Assembly (NCBI GenBank): GCA_045651765.1
Contig: JAZRSY010000008.1
Location: 35,388-99,387, forward strand
Reading direction: 5' to 3'
Origin: Acutalibacteraceae bacterium
GTDB taxonomy: Bacteria; Bacillota; Clostridia; Oscillospirales; Acutalibacteraceae
DNA: 64,000 bases
The position numbers and the translations under genes were made by a program. Positions 27,210 through 35,923 of the stretch are shown piece after piece (within the stretch, counting starts at the first letter, position 1; each line of letters opens with the position of its first letter). The notes under the pieces were generated by a model, which saw only the letters and a list, made by a program, of their open reading frames with translations, made no database searches and was not told the DNA's origin.

Positions 27210-29273
27210 TTACTGCTTGATTGTATATTTTTCAAGTATTGCCGCCTGTACCATTGCCAAATCGACAATGCTTATTTTATTGTCCTTAGAAATATCGCCT
27301 GCGGATTTATAAACACCGCTAAGCTCATATTTACCCAAAATTGCCGCCTGTACCATTGCCAAATCAACAATGGTGGTTTTGCCATCGGAGTTAGTATCAC
27401 CCACAACAAGCACTGTAAAACTCTGCTTTTCGGTTCCGGCGGTATCGTAAATTTTAACCGTGTCGCCCGTGCCGATTACACCCGTTGTTTTGGCATTCCC
27501 ATTTTTATCATAAACTGTGGCAGAGCCTTTTTCAACACCAAGGTTTGTTTTAAAATTATCAACCGAGGTTGAAAATGCAACACCCGTTAAAAATTCACCC
27601 GTTTTATAGTTATTACTAATTGTAGGGGTGGGAGTTACGACAGATTCACCTTCGGACAGACGTGCAACACTCAACTTATAAACTCGTTTTTCGCCCGACG
27701 ATGCGGTAACCACAATATCAAAATCGTTATGTCCAACCTTTAGTTGTTTTACGCCTGCACCCTCGACAGAAGCGGACTGTGAACTTGTAACAGCAACGAT
27801 TTCAATAGTATCTACCGGGTACTGAACAATAAGCTCACTCGGTTTTGTTGTATCGTACTTGTTAAAGCCCATTACCGTGTGGTTCTTTACTGTAAGCGAC
27901 TCCAAGAAGTTATTGTTGTTACCTGTTTCTTCAGGTAGCCTTGTAATTTCGGGCATATTCTTATAAACAGGAATATGGAAAACTAAGGAAGAACTCATAG
28001 CCGAACTGTAAGCCTTGGCCAAAAAGTTTGCCTTACCATATGCATCATAAGCGCTGGTGGCGTACTGGTGGTTATAAAGTCCGCCTTCGGGAATAACATC
28101 AAAATCCATGTAATAATATGTATCCTGACCTATCGAAATATACCCTTCAGCATACCATTGTGCGCCACCCGTAATTGATTTTTCACGGGTGTTCCAGGGG
28201 CGGTTATAGCTTGTCTTGCCCGAATCCTCGCCCTTGGCGTACCAAAGGCCACGCTGAACGGCACTAAGCCCACCGCCTTTACTAGCGCCGACATTAAAGA
28301 AATTGAAATAACCTTCGTATCCAACCTCGGTTCCCGAAATGTTTCCACCTTCACCTGCACTGCCCTGCTCTTGCAAAATGTTGGATGCAATGAAAAAAGG
28401 GCTAACCCTAGAAGCCTTGGCCGCGCTCATAATTGCATCGGCATAGGTCATATTTTCGTTATCAGGTGGCGATGGCAAAGCAGCATTCATAAATGTGCCA
28501 TTAAGCATTAGCATTAGGTTTTCTTTGGTGTCATACTTTTCATCATACGCCTGTGAAGAAAACATAAAAATACTTTGAGAATCCAAGAAATTTCTTGGGT
28601 CGGTGTAATATTCAACAACCGTTTTAGAGGCTGCAACCCAGCCGCCCGAATCAATCTCATACCATTCGCCCGTTGCCGAATTATAAGCCTCCGGGTCAAG
28701 TGATTTCCAAGAATCCGGCTTGCTACCATGTACGGTCTTTTTACCGGTCTCGCTTTCGGCAGCAATAACATCGGACCATTCAAGGTTTGTTTGGTCGGCA
28801 TAAAACACCCAGTTAGGATAAAGCGAATGTAAATCGCGAAGCTTTATCTTATAACTCTCGGGGAAGTTTTGCTGGGTCAACCAATTTTCAAAATCGTTGT
28901 CCTGCACATAATTTCCCAAAAGTTTTATTCTGCCGCTATATGCATAGCCTATGTTAGCATAGTTGGGGCCATAACCTATTTTATACCACATATCCCCGTC
29001 GCCGTCTATTCCGGTGCCAAAGGCTTTTACCACGGTTCCTTGTTCCAGAGATGCTAAAAATTGGCTACTGTTATCGTGTTCAACCTCATGCCCTGTGGTG
29101 CCGGGTTTTGAAAATATGTTTGCCTTGCTTGTGGTTTCGGCATAAACAGGGAATTCCACAGCAAAAGCCGAGAACGAAAACTGTATTAAAATTAGGCTAA
29201 AAACCAGCAAAAATGCGGTTAATTTTTTTGCAATAATTTTAGTCATATCCATATCCTTTTTTTCAAAATTCAT
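27210..29273 (-). CDS. Secreted dockerin-bearing GH73-like peptidoglycan hydrolase (SH3b-like, glucosaminidase-like, cadherin-like and type-I dockerin domains)
   Basis: 687 aa with a signal peptide (the start could be M1, M8 or M10). SH3b-like segment ANIFSKPGTTG...GDMWYKIGY. Glucosaminidase-like core with SPFFIASNILQEQGSAG...YFNFFNVGA. Cadherin-like module LESLTVKNHTV...RVYKLSV. C-terminal dockerin with two Ca-binding loops, DTNSDGKTTIVDLAMVQAAIL and DISKDNKISIVDLAMVQAAIL. Confidence 0.7.
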   Translation of the reverse strand: MNFEKKDMDMTKIIAKKLTAFLLVFSLILIQFSFSAFAVEFPVYAETTSKANIFSKPGTTGHEVEHDNSSQFLASLEQGTVVKAFGTGIDGDGDMWYKIGYGPNYANIGYAYSGRIKLLGNYVQDNDFENWLTQQNFPESYKIKLRDLHSLYPNWVFYADQTNLEWSDVIAAESETGKKTVHGSKPDSWKSLDPEAYNSATGEWYEIDSGGWVAASKTVVEYYTDPRNFLDSQSIFMFSSQAYDEKYDTKENLMLMLNGTFMNAALPSPPDNENMTYADAIMSAAKASRVSPFFIASNILQEQGSAGEGGNISGTEVGYEGYFNFFNVGASKGGGLSAVQRGLWYAKGEDSGKTSYNRPWNTREKSITGGAQWYAEGYISIGQDTYYYMDFDVIPEGGLYNHQYATSAYDAYGKANFLAKAYSSAMSSSLVFHIPVYKNMPEITRLPEETGNNNNFLESLTVKNHTVMGFNKYDTTKPSELIVQYPVDTIEIVAVTSSQSASVEGAGVKQLKVGHNDFDIVVTASSGEKRVYKLSVARLSEGESVVTPTPTISNNYKTGEFLTGVAFSTSVDNFKTNLGVEKGSATVYDKNGNAKTTGVIGTGDTVKIYDTAGTEKQSFTVLVVGDTNSDGKTTIVDLAMVQAAILGKYELSGVYKSAGDISKDNKISIVDLAMVQAAILEKYTIKQ
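27238..27372 (-). repeat. Direct 33-nt repeat (32/33 identical) encoding the two dockerin helices
   Basis: ATTGCCGCCTGTACCATTGCCAAATC[G/A]ACAATG at 27238-27270 and 27340-27372, 102 nt (34 codons) apart. Both copies encode IVDLAMVQAAI. Confidence 0.9.
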
Positions 29274-29368
29274 CCATTGTAATTATATTGTTTTTAGGCG
29301 GTTATGTCAACCTATTTGGCCAAATTACCTTTATTTTACACCAAAAGTTTTTTGCTGTTTTTTTAATG

Positions 29369-29397
29369 TTGAATAAAAAGGCAATTCATAGTATAAT
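29369..29397 (+). promoter_or_regulatory. Sigma-A promoter for the flippase gene (TTGAAT-N17-TATAAT)
   Basis: TTGAAT at 29369-29374 and TATAAT at 29392-29397, 34 nt upstream of the GTG start. Confidence 0.55.
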
Positions 29398-29430
29398 ATT
29401 TAAGGTAATTATTTTTTAAGGAGTTTTTGT

Positions 29431-30819
29431 GTGGATAAATATAAAAGCTTGGCGCGTAACACCGCCGTTTTTGCAATAGGCACCTTTGGCTCTAAAATAC
29501 TTTCGTTTATAATGGTGTTTTTTTACAGCCGCGCCATGCAAACGGCCGAGTTTGGCACACTGGACATTATTATAAACAGCGGCAGCCTGTTATTGCCCAT
29601 TGTAATGCTTGGCATACAAAACGCCATTATTCGTTTTGGACTGGATAACGACTATAAACAAAGTGATGTTTTTTCGGTCGGAATAATATCGGTTTTGTTG
29701 GGTTTTTCATTTGTATTGTGCTTTAGCCCGTTAATTGTTAGGGTTCAAGAGTTTAAAAATTATATATTTTTGTTATATGGTTATGTTTTTATGTCGGCCA
29801 TGCGGCATATTTGCAGTTACTTTGTAAGGGCCATTGGCAAGGTGAAACTGTTTGCGGCCGACGGCATTTTTTCCACCTTTATGACCTGCCTGTTAACAAT
29901 AATATTTTTACTGCCCTTAAAAATGGGTATTAGGGGTTATTTATTAGCCATAATTTTGGCCGATTTTTGCTCGGTTTTGTTTTTAACTTTTTTTGGTGGG
30001 CTTTTAAAATATGTTAATTTTAAAGGGCTTAAATTTTCGCTCATTAAAAAGATGTTGCTCTTTTCGCTACCACTCATACCAACCTCGCTTTTGTGGTGGG
30101 TTATAAATGTGTCCGACCGCTATTTTGTTCAATATATGGTTAGCGCCTCGGCCAATGGGCTATACTCGGTGGCATACAAGGTGCCCACAATTTTAACACT
30201 GGTTTCCACCGTGTTTTTAGATGCTTGGCAAATTTCGGCCGTAACCGAAAACAGCACCCGAAGTCGCAACCACTTTTACAGCAATGTTTTTAAATCGTTT
30301 CAGGGTGCCGTGTTTGTAGTATCTTCGGGGCTTATACTTTTTGCAAAATTTATTACAAAAATTTTATTAGATGCCGATTATTACGCTTCTTGGCAATATA
30401 TTCCCGTTTTAATGCTGGCCACGGTTTATTCTTGTTTTGTGGTGTTTTTAGGCAACATTTACCTTGCCGAAAAACGCAGCGTTTCCACCTTGATTACAAC
30501 ACTGCTTGGCGCCGTGCTTAATTTGATATTAAACTTTGTTTTAATAAAACCGCTTGGTGTTCACGGAGCGGCTGTGGCCACCTGTATTAGTTATTTTGTG
30601 GTTTATGCAATAAGGGCTGTCGATATTAAAAGGCGAAACAAAACGATAACCTTTTCTTCGGGCATAATTTTAATAAACTCTTTAATAACCACCTCGCAAA
30701 TTATATTAATGCTACTTGAACCGCCTTATTGGGTGGCTTACCAAATAGTTTGCTTATGTTTATTAATTGCCGTAAACTACAAGATGCTTTTAGATGTTAT
30801 TAAAAAAATATTGAAATAA
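29431..30819 (+). CDS. Polysaccharide biosynthesis / oligosaccharide flippase family protein (MOP superfamily)
   Basis: 462 aa with a GTG start after AAGGAG and about 12-14 TM helices. The N-terminus MDKYKSLARNTAVFAIGTFGSKILSFIMVFFYSRAM is typical of Wzx/Polysacc_synt proteins. Confidence 0.8.
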   Translation: MDKYKSLARNTAVFAIGTFGSKILSFIMVFFYSRAMQTAEFGTLDIIINSGSLLLPIVMLGIQNAIIRFGLDNDYKQSDVFSVGIISVLLGFSFVLCFSPLIVRVQEFKNYIFLLYGYVFMSAMRHICSYFVRAIGKVKLFAADGIFSTFMTCLLTIIFLLPLKMGIRGYLLAIILADFCSVLFLTFFGGLLKYVNFKGLKFSLIKKMLLFSLPLIPTSLLWWVINVSDRYFVQYMVSASANGLYSVAYKVPTILTLVSTVFLDAWQISAVTENSTRSRNHFYSNVFKSFQGAVFVVSSGLILFAKFITKILLDADYYASWQYIPVLMLATVYSCFVVFLGNIYLAEKRSVSTLITTLLGAVLNLILNFVLIKPLGVHGAAVATCISYFVVYAIRAVDIKRRNKTITFSSGIILINSLITTSQIILMLLEPPYWVAYQIVCLCLLIAVNYKMLLDVIKKILK

Positions 30820-30850
30820 AAAAAGGGGGCTTTAAAAGCCCCTTTTTATT
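30820..30850. terminator. Bidirectional terminator (flippase on plus, asp23-like on minus)
   Basis: AAAGGGGGC-tttaaaa-GCCCCTTTTT between convergent genes. Confidence 0.85.
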
Positions 30851-30854
30851 TTAA

Positions 30855-31211
30855 TTATTCGGCCTCGGCCACTTCTTCGGCAAGGTCAGCAATATGAACA
30901 TTAACGCGGGTTATTGCGTTACCGGTCATATCTTGTAATTTATCTTTAACGTTGGTTTGAACGGCCTCGGCCACTGTTTTAACATTGGCCGACTGCTTAA
31001 CACAAATATAAACATCTATATCTATTGCCCCGTTTCTAACAGCAACCTTAACGGGCTTTAATGCAGAGCCTGTATTTACTATTCCCTTAATATCTACCGT
31101 TTTGTTAGACATAGAAACAGCACCTTCAACCTCCAACGCAGCAATGGAAACCATTTTTTCAATAACATCGGTATTAATTTCGAGTCCGCTTAAAATTTTG
31201 TTTTCTGCCAT
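30855..31211 (-). CDS. Asp23/Gls24-family alkaline shock protein
   Basis: ORF 30855..31256. The ATG at 31211 follows a GGAGG RBS. MAENKILSGLEINTDVIEKMVSIAALEVEGAV is a typical Asp23 N-terminus, and the gene sits in the common position after spoIIIAH. Confidence 0.85.
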   Translation of the reverse strand: MAENKILSGLEINTDVIEKMVSIAALEVEGAVSMSNKTVDIKGIVNTGSALKPVKVAVRNGAIDIDVYICVKQSANVKTVAEAVQTNVKDKLQDMTGNAITRVNVHIADLAEEVAEAE

Positions 31212-31272
31212 AACATAAGCCTCCGTTTTTAAAATTCCAAACATATTATACCACATTTTTTAATAAACTCAA

Positions 31273-31800
31273 CTATTTTACGGCAAGAATTTTAATTTTA
31301 TCTATATTAAATCCACTTTGGGCTATGGCAATATCTTGTATTTGCACCGTTTGGGCACCGCTTAAAGACTCGCCCTTTACCACAACATTAATATCGTTTT
31401 GGCCTATAATGGCTATGGCATCGGGGAATCCTTTGGCTTTAAGCAGGTTTTCAATGTTGGTTTCCTTTTGTTGCCTTAAGGCTAAATCTGCCGCCGTTTT
31501 AGAGGCCTCGCCCAAGGCGGCAGCATCGCCCCCTGCATTTTTTATGGCTTCGGTAATGTTTTCTTGTGCCGCTTTGCGAGATGCCTCGCGTTCGGCACGG
31601 GCGGTTTCAAAATAATCAGCCACACTGCCCGAAGTTTCAACCAACTCACCGTTTTCGGAGTTTACATATTGGGCTTCGCCTAAATATTTAGTTCCACTAT
31701 TGCCGGAATATTTCATATTAAACCAAACCGCTGCACCCAGTGCTAAAACCATCACCGCCAAAACAATTTGACTTTTTCCTAATACCTTACCTTTTTTCAT
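31273..31800 (-). CDS. spoIIIAH: Stage III sporulation protein AH
   Basis: 175 aa with an N-terminal TM helix, a charged linker, and a C-terminal YscJ/FliF-like ring domain (NLLKAKGFPDAIAIIGQNDINVVV). It is the last gene of the spoIIIA operon. Confidence 0.85.
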   Translation of the reverse strand: MKKGKVLGKSQIVLAVMVLALGAAVWFNMKYSGNSGTKYLGEAQYVNSENGELVETSGSVADYFETARAEREASRKAAQENITEAIKNAGGDAAALGEASKTAADLALRQQKETNIENLLKAKGFPDAIAIIGQNDINVVVKGESLSGAQTVQIQDIAIAQSGFNIDKIKILAVK

Positions 31801-31801
31801 T

Positions 31802-32353
31802 TTAATTGCCTCCCTTATTTACTATGTTAATGCGTTTAGATGTTATGCCCAATGCCGCCGTTACGGCATTTTTTATTTTTTCCTCGGTGGCTTTGGCCGA
31901 TGCCGAGGGTGCCGAATAAACAATGCTTACACCTCTAACCTCGGGGTAATATTCATACACCGGCACCGCCTGCTCGTTGCCGGCCGAATCGGTTATAATT
32001 ATGTAGTCGGTTTCTTGGTCGGACTCTTTGTCGGTGCCGTTTTGATTGCTTTTTTCGGTAGTGCTGCTTTTATTATTAACACCGTAAGAATATTTTTTAC
32101 CGCCTTCAAGCGTTAATAAAACCGTTATATCACGGCTGCCTGTTATGCTGCTAACAATTTTTTTAACATTTTTTTCAAGTTCTTGACGATAATTTTCGGC
32201 ATCGAAAACACCGCTCTCGGCGGTGGTGTTTTTTTCTTGAGCGGGCGTAAAAACCGAAGAAAGCCCCACCAATAAAATCCCAATTAACCCCACAATTAAA
32301 AGGGTTTTTCCGTTTTTTAAATTAGATTTAATTTTTAAGAATAAATCATTCAT
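31802..32353 (-). CDS. spoIIIAG: Stage III sporulation protein AG
   Basis: 183 aa with an N-terminal TM helix and a C-terminal ring-building motif region (PEVRGVSIVYSAP...). Its position in the operon is consistent. Confidence 0.85.
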   Translation of the reverse strand: MNDLFLKIKSNLKNGKTLLIVGLIGILLVGLSSVFTPAQEKNTTAESGVFDAENYRQELEKNVKKIVSSITGSRDITVLLTLEGGKKYSYGVNNKSSTTEKSNQNGTDKESDQETDYIIITDSAGNEQAVPVYEYYPEVRGVSIVYSAPSASAKATEEKIKNAVTAALGITSKRINIVNKGGN

Positions 32354-32783
32354 TTATCACTTCCACCTCGCAGGCATCTATTACCGATAAAATGCTTTCC
32401 TTTATTCCTGCGCCCGAATTATTTGTAAAAACCGTTATTCTTTTAATAAATATGCTGTTATCCTCGGCAATATCCGTAATAACCGAAATTTTATTAAAAT
32501 CATGGCCGTTTTGTTTTAAAATTTGTGTTGTTAAATATTTGGCTTGGGTTTTTGTAACATTGGCCGATGCCGCAATAATTTCATTTTGAGAATTAGCAAC
32601 GGTAAAATTAATTTTAGCCCCCTTAACACCCTTTAAGCCCATAATTATTACCGATAAAAATATAAGTGAAAAAACAAGTTTAATGCTTTTTTCGGTGTTA
32701 CCTTTAGGGCGCAACATATACACCGCGCCCAGCAACACCGAGCAGGCCGAAAAGGCCAAAACAAAACTTAAAATCGTTTTCAT
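32346..32783 (-). CDS. spoIIIAF: Stage III sporulation protein AF
   Basis: 145 aa with two N-terminal TM helices. Its operon position is between AE and AG, and it overlaps both neighbours. Confidence 0.8.
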   Translation of the reverse strand: MKTILSFVLAFSACSVLLGAVYMLRPKGNTEKSIKLVFSLIFLSVIIMGLKGVKGAKINFTVANSQNEIIAASANVTKTQAKYLTTQILKQNGHDFNKISVITDIAEDNSIFIKRITVFTNNSGAGIKESILSVIDACEVEVINE

Positions 32784-33874
32784 GCCGCACCCGCCTTCAT
32801 TAATACAGCCAGCGATATTATAAATAAAGCCGCAGTAAAAAGCATTACACCAATAATTAACGAAACTACCGAATCCACCGCCTTTAATGCTGCCGGGGGT
32901 GGCTCTTTAAACATAATTTGGGCGGCAATATCGGCGCCGTTTAACACAATTCGCCAAAGGGTTAACTTTAAAATTACGGGCAAGGTTGTTGCCGCTATGA
33001 CAAAAACAGCATATATTCCAACGCCGCTTTGCAACAGTTTTACCGAGCTGCCCAGGGTGGATACCACCTCACTGAGTGCCGTGCCTGCCACAGGCACAAA
33101 ACTACCCACCATAAACTTAACCGTTTTAATGCCTACGGTGTCGGCCGCCGAGCCAATTGCAGAACTGACCGAAAGCAGCCCTAAAAACACCGTAAAGGTA
33201 AAGGTTAAAATATAGTTAGCCCCTTTTTTTATGGCCGCAGCCAATCGCACCCCGGGCGACACATTGCTTAAAACTCCGCTTAAATAAAGGGCCAACTGAA
33301 CTAAGCCCAGCGGCACCACAATAAAAGCCAATATTTGCACGGTAAATTCGGCAGCCACCAACAGCATACCGCCCGACTGCATAGCGGTGGCAACATTACC
33401 GCCCGAGGCCACAATGCCGCAAAAGGCCGGAATAAAAGAAAGCATAAACACACCGCTGCCCTTAATGGCCGACCCTGACGCTGATATATCCGACAGCACA
33501 GGCACCGTAATTATTAAGGTTAAAATTATTGTAAAGGCCGTGTTAACACCGTCGTTTTGACTGAGCGTATTAAAAACCGCCCATAAAATTAACACCGAAA
33601 TTACGCTTAAAAATATGGTTTTAAGCCCCGAAAAGCCATTAACAAAAATATCTTTTAAAAGCGAAAAAATATTGCCGGGCGCCTTTTCGACCCATTCGGT
33701 GTCGTACGGGGTTGCCCCTAAATCGTTTAAAATTTGCCGGGTTTCTTTGTTTGGTATTTTGGTTATTTCTTCCATACCAATGGCATTTAATTGGTCGGTG
33801 TAAACATTTTCGTCCGCCTTTGCAGGTACCGAAAAAATGAGCAAAAAAATTAAAATAATTATTATTCTTTTCAT
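32780..33874 (-). CDS. spoIIIAE: Stage III sporulation protein AE
   Basis: 364 aa with a signal peptide followed by a polytopic membrane domain. It is the largest membrane component of the operon. Confidence 0.85.
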   Translation of the reverse strand: MKRIIIILIFLLIFSVPAKADENVYTDQLNAIGMEEITKIPNKETRQILNDLGATPYDTEWVEKAPGNIFSLLKDIFVNGFSGLKTIFLSVISVLILWAVFNTLSQNDGVNTAFTIILTLIITVPVLSDISASGSAIKGSGVFMLSFIPAFCGIVASGGNVATAMQSGGMLLVAAEFTVQILAFIVVPLGLVQLALYLSGVLSNVSPGVRLAAAIKKGANYILTFTFTVFLGLLSVSSAIGSAADTVGIKTVKFMVGSFVPVAGTALSEVVSTLGSSVKLLQSGVGIYAVFVIAATTLPVILKLTLWRIVLNGADIAAQIMFKEPPPAALKAVDSVVSLIIGVMLFTAALFIISLAVLMKAGAA

Positions 33875-33875
33875 T

Positions 33876-34259
33876 TCATAAAATTCCCGATATTACATTA
33901 AATAAATCTTTAATAAGCGGCACGCAAAGTAAAAAAATTGCCACCTTGCCTGCAAGTTCAGCCTTAGACGCTATGGCCGAAAAACCAAAATCACGGCAGG
34001 CATCGGCCACAAACTGCGTTATGTAACCGAGCGCCACCGTTTTTAAGGCTATGAAAAAATATTTTTGGTTAACCCCCGCCGTTTTCAATTCCGAAAACAG
34101 TTGCATTAAGGGGTTAATTACAGCAACCGACACCGCAATTATTAAACCGCACCCAACCACCACCGTTATTGCAGTTGCATATTCTTTTTTATATTCCAAA
34201 AAAATTACACCCACAAAGGCAGCCACAATGCACAAGGCAAATATTTTAAAAATATCCAT
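33876..34259 (-). CDS. spoIIIAD: Stage III sporulation protein AD
   Basis: ORF 33876..34271. The internal ATG at 34259 (MDIFKIFALCIVAAF...) matches the SpoIIIAD N-terminus and abuts the AC stop. It has 4 TM helices. Confidence 0.85.
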   Translation of the reverse strand: MDIFKIFALCIVAAFVGVIFLEYKKEYATAITVVVGCGLIIAVSVAVINPLMQLFSELKTAGVNQKYFFIALKTVALGYITQFVADACRDFGFSAIASKAELAGKVAIFLLCVPLIKDLFNVISGIL

Positions 34260-34260
34260 T

Positions 34261-34455
34261 TTAAAGTCCAAACAAGCCCTTTACCGTTGTGAAAAGTTCG
34301 GCTATTACCTTAACCACCATTAAAAGCACAACCACCAAACCTGCAAGGGTTGTTAGCATTGCCTGTTCCTCACGCCCCGAGCGCACCAAAACCTGATTAA
34401 GCACCGTAACAATAATGCCTATTGCGGCAACCTTGAAAATAAAATCTACATCCAT
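34261..34455 (-). CDS. spoIIIAC: Stage III sporulation protein AC
   Basis: 64 aa and 2 TM helices. MDVDFIFKVAAIGIIVTVLNQVLVRSGREEQAMLTTLAGLVVVL is very SpoIIIAC-like. Confidence 0.88.
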   Translation of the reverse strand: MDVDFIFKVAAIGIIVTVLNQVLVRSGREEQAMLTTLAGLVVVLLMVVKVIAELFTTVKGLFGL

Positions 34456-34465
34456 TTTTTGCCTC

Positions 34466-34924
34466 CTACACCAATAAGACCGCTATGCTAAGGCCCGAAA
34501 ACAACCCCAACATTTTATATAATTTAGATTTTTTAATATACTCATTGTCGGCCGAGGCCCACCTTTGTTTTAAAATATCGGCATAGGTTTCACACCTTTT
34601 AATTTGCGATTCTATATTACCCATGCCAAGCTCGGCAAAAAATTCCTCAATAATTTTTTGGTCATCTTTATTAAGGTGGCCGTTTTTAATTTGCACACAA
34701 AACGGCTTTTTAAGGGTTAAATAATTCTCTTTGCCCAAAATGGTGTTTAAAATATCGTAAATTTCGGCCGCTGTGCCCGAAATTTTTTGGCCAATGCACA
34801 AGACCGAAAAATAAAACCACTCTAATGCATCTGCCCTGTTTTTAAGTTGTAAAGAATTTTTTCGGCCCAATAAAAATCCGCTTAAAACAATAAAAGCAAG
34901 ACCTATAATTTTAATTATCCACAT
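34466..34924 (-). CDS. spoIIIAB: Stage III sporulation protein AB
   Basis: 152 aa with N- and C-terminal TM helices around a soluble GspF-like domain. Its position in the operon is consistent. Confidence 0.82.
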   Translation of the reverse strand: MWIIKIIGLAFIVLSGFLLGRKNSLQLKNRADALEWFYFSVLCIGQKISGTAAEIYDILNTILGKENYLTLKKPFCVQIKNGHLNKDDQKIIEEFFAELGMGNIESQIKRCETYADILKQRWASADNEYIKKSKLYKMLGLFSGLSIAVLLV

Positions 34925-35832
34925 ATTTCCCCCTCTAAAATTAAAGGCGGTTCGCCCACCTTTTTTAAAAAAACAACCTTATTTATAACGCCGCTTTCAA
35001 TTAATTTTTTTGTAACACCCCTCTTTTTAAGCTCGGCCACACTGCCAATGTGCGCCGTGGTTACAATAAAAACTCCGGTGTTAATGCTTTGCATAACACC
35101 TAAAAGTTCCTTTTCGGTTCCAATTTCGTCAAAGGCTATAACCTCGGGCGACATAGAGCGTAATGCTACCTCAATTCCCTCGGGTTTGGGGCGGCCTGTT
35201 ATAACATCGGTGTTAAATCCAACTTCATTTTGCGGCACGCCACAAGTTGCGGCGGCTATTTCGCCACGGGTATCTATCACCGAAACCCTATAACTTTTAC
35301 CGGTTTCTCCATTCGAAAGGCTCCTTACAAAATCTCGCAAAAATGTAGTCTTGCCACTGCCGGGCGGGCCACAAATTAAAACCGAGCCACCGCTATAATT
35401 TTGGGTTAAATTTTTTGCCACCCCAATAATTTGGTGTGAAATTCTAATATTTACCGATGTTATGTCGCAAAACTTACCCTGTCTGAAAACACCGCAAATT
35501 CCCGCTCTGTTGCCAAACGGCATGGTTATATATCCATTCAAAATTTCGTCGAGGTGCGAATAAACCGAATTATTGCAAATAAGTCTGGCCACCTCAAGTA
35601 AATCGGCCGCCGCCACTAAAACCGAATCTTGTTGCGGAGTGAGATAAAGTTCTGACGTCTTGGTTAAAAAATATGTTTTACCGCCAAACACAACAGCCAA
35701 ACCGCCACCCGCCCTGAGCCTTATTTCCTCTGTTTTTGCCTGTATGTTTAGCGGTAACAGCTTAAGAACACTTGCAAATTTTTGCGGCAAAAACTCACAG
35801 GCCGAAACATAACCTTTTGTTTTCGTTTCCAT
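34915..35832 (-). CDS. spoIIIAA: Stage III sporulation protein AA (secretion-type AAA ATPase)
   Basis: 305 aa. Walker A GPPGSGKTT and Walker B-like VIAFDEIG. It is the first gene of the eight-gene operon. Confidence 0.9.
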   Translation of the reverse strand: METKTKGYVSACEFLPQKFASVLKLLPLNIQAKTEEIRLRAGGGLAVVFGGKTYFLTKTSELYLTPQQDSVLVAAADLLEVARLICNNSVYSHLDEILNGYITMPFGNRAGICGVFRQGKFCDITSVNIRISHQIIGVAKNLTQNYSGGSVLICGPPGSGKTTFLRDFVRSLSNGETGKSYRVSVIDTRGEIAAATCGVPQNEVGFNTDVITGRPKPEGIEVALRSMSPEVIAFDEIGTEKELLGVMQSINTGVFIVTTAHIGSVAELKKRGVTKKLIESGVINKVVFLKKVGEPPLILEGEICG

Positions 35833-35890
35833 TTTTTATTCACCATTAAATGCTATGAGGACAAGCGAAAAAAAAGAACTAAAATTAAAT

Positions 35891-35923
35891 AAAAAAGGAC
35901 AGGTTTTAAACCTGTCCTTTTTT
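35891..35923 (-). terminator. Intrinsic terminator overlapping the stop of the DMT gene, upstream of spoIIIAA
   Basis: AAAAAAGGACAGG-ttttaaa-CCTGTCCTTTTTT. The TAA stop of the 35906..36808 gene lies in the loop. Confidence 0.8.

Noticed and set aside
27200-27268. N-terminal extension of the cohesin-anchor ORF (MSIWQWYRRQYLKNIQSSSKRYV).
   Set aside because: It would overlap the dockerin gene by 59 nt and place 23 non-signal residues ahead of a clear signal peptide. The ATG at 27199 has a good RBS. The same logic was applied to the extended starts at 41635, 31256, 51706, 54693, 25589 and 34271.
26961-27572. 203-aa plus-strand ORF spanning the junction of the cohesin and dockerin genes.
   Set aside because: It is antisense to both. 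Its repeated CRLYHCQI(D/N)N segments are just the reverse complement of the dockerin repeat. It has no translation signals.
35850-35857. CATAGCAT as the sigma-E -10 box of spoIIIAA.
   Set aside because: It is only 18 nt from the ATG, so the transcript would start inside or after the GGTGA RBS. It is kept only as a note in the findings, not as a feature.
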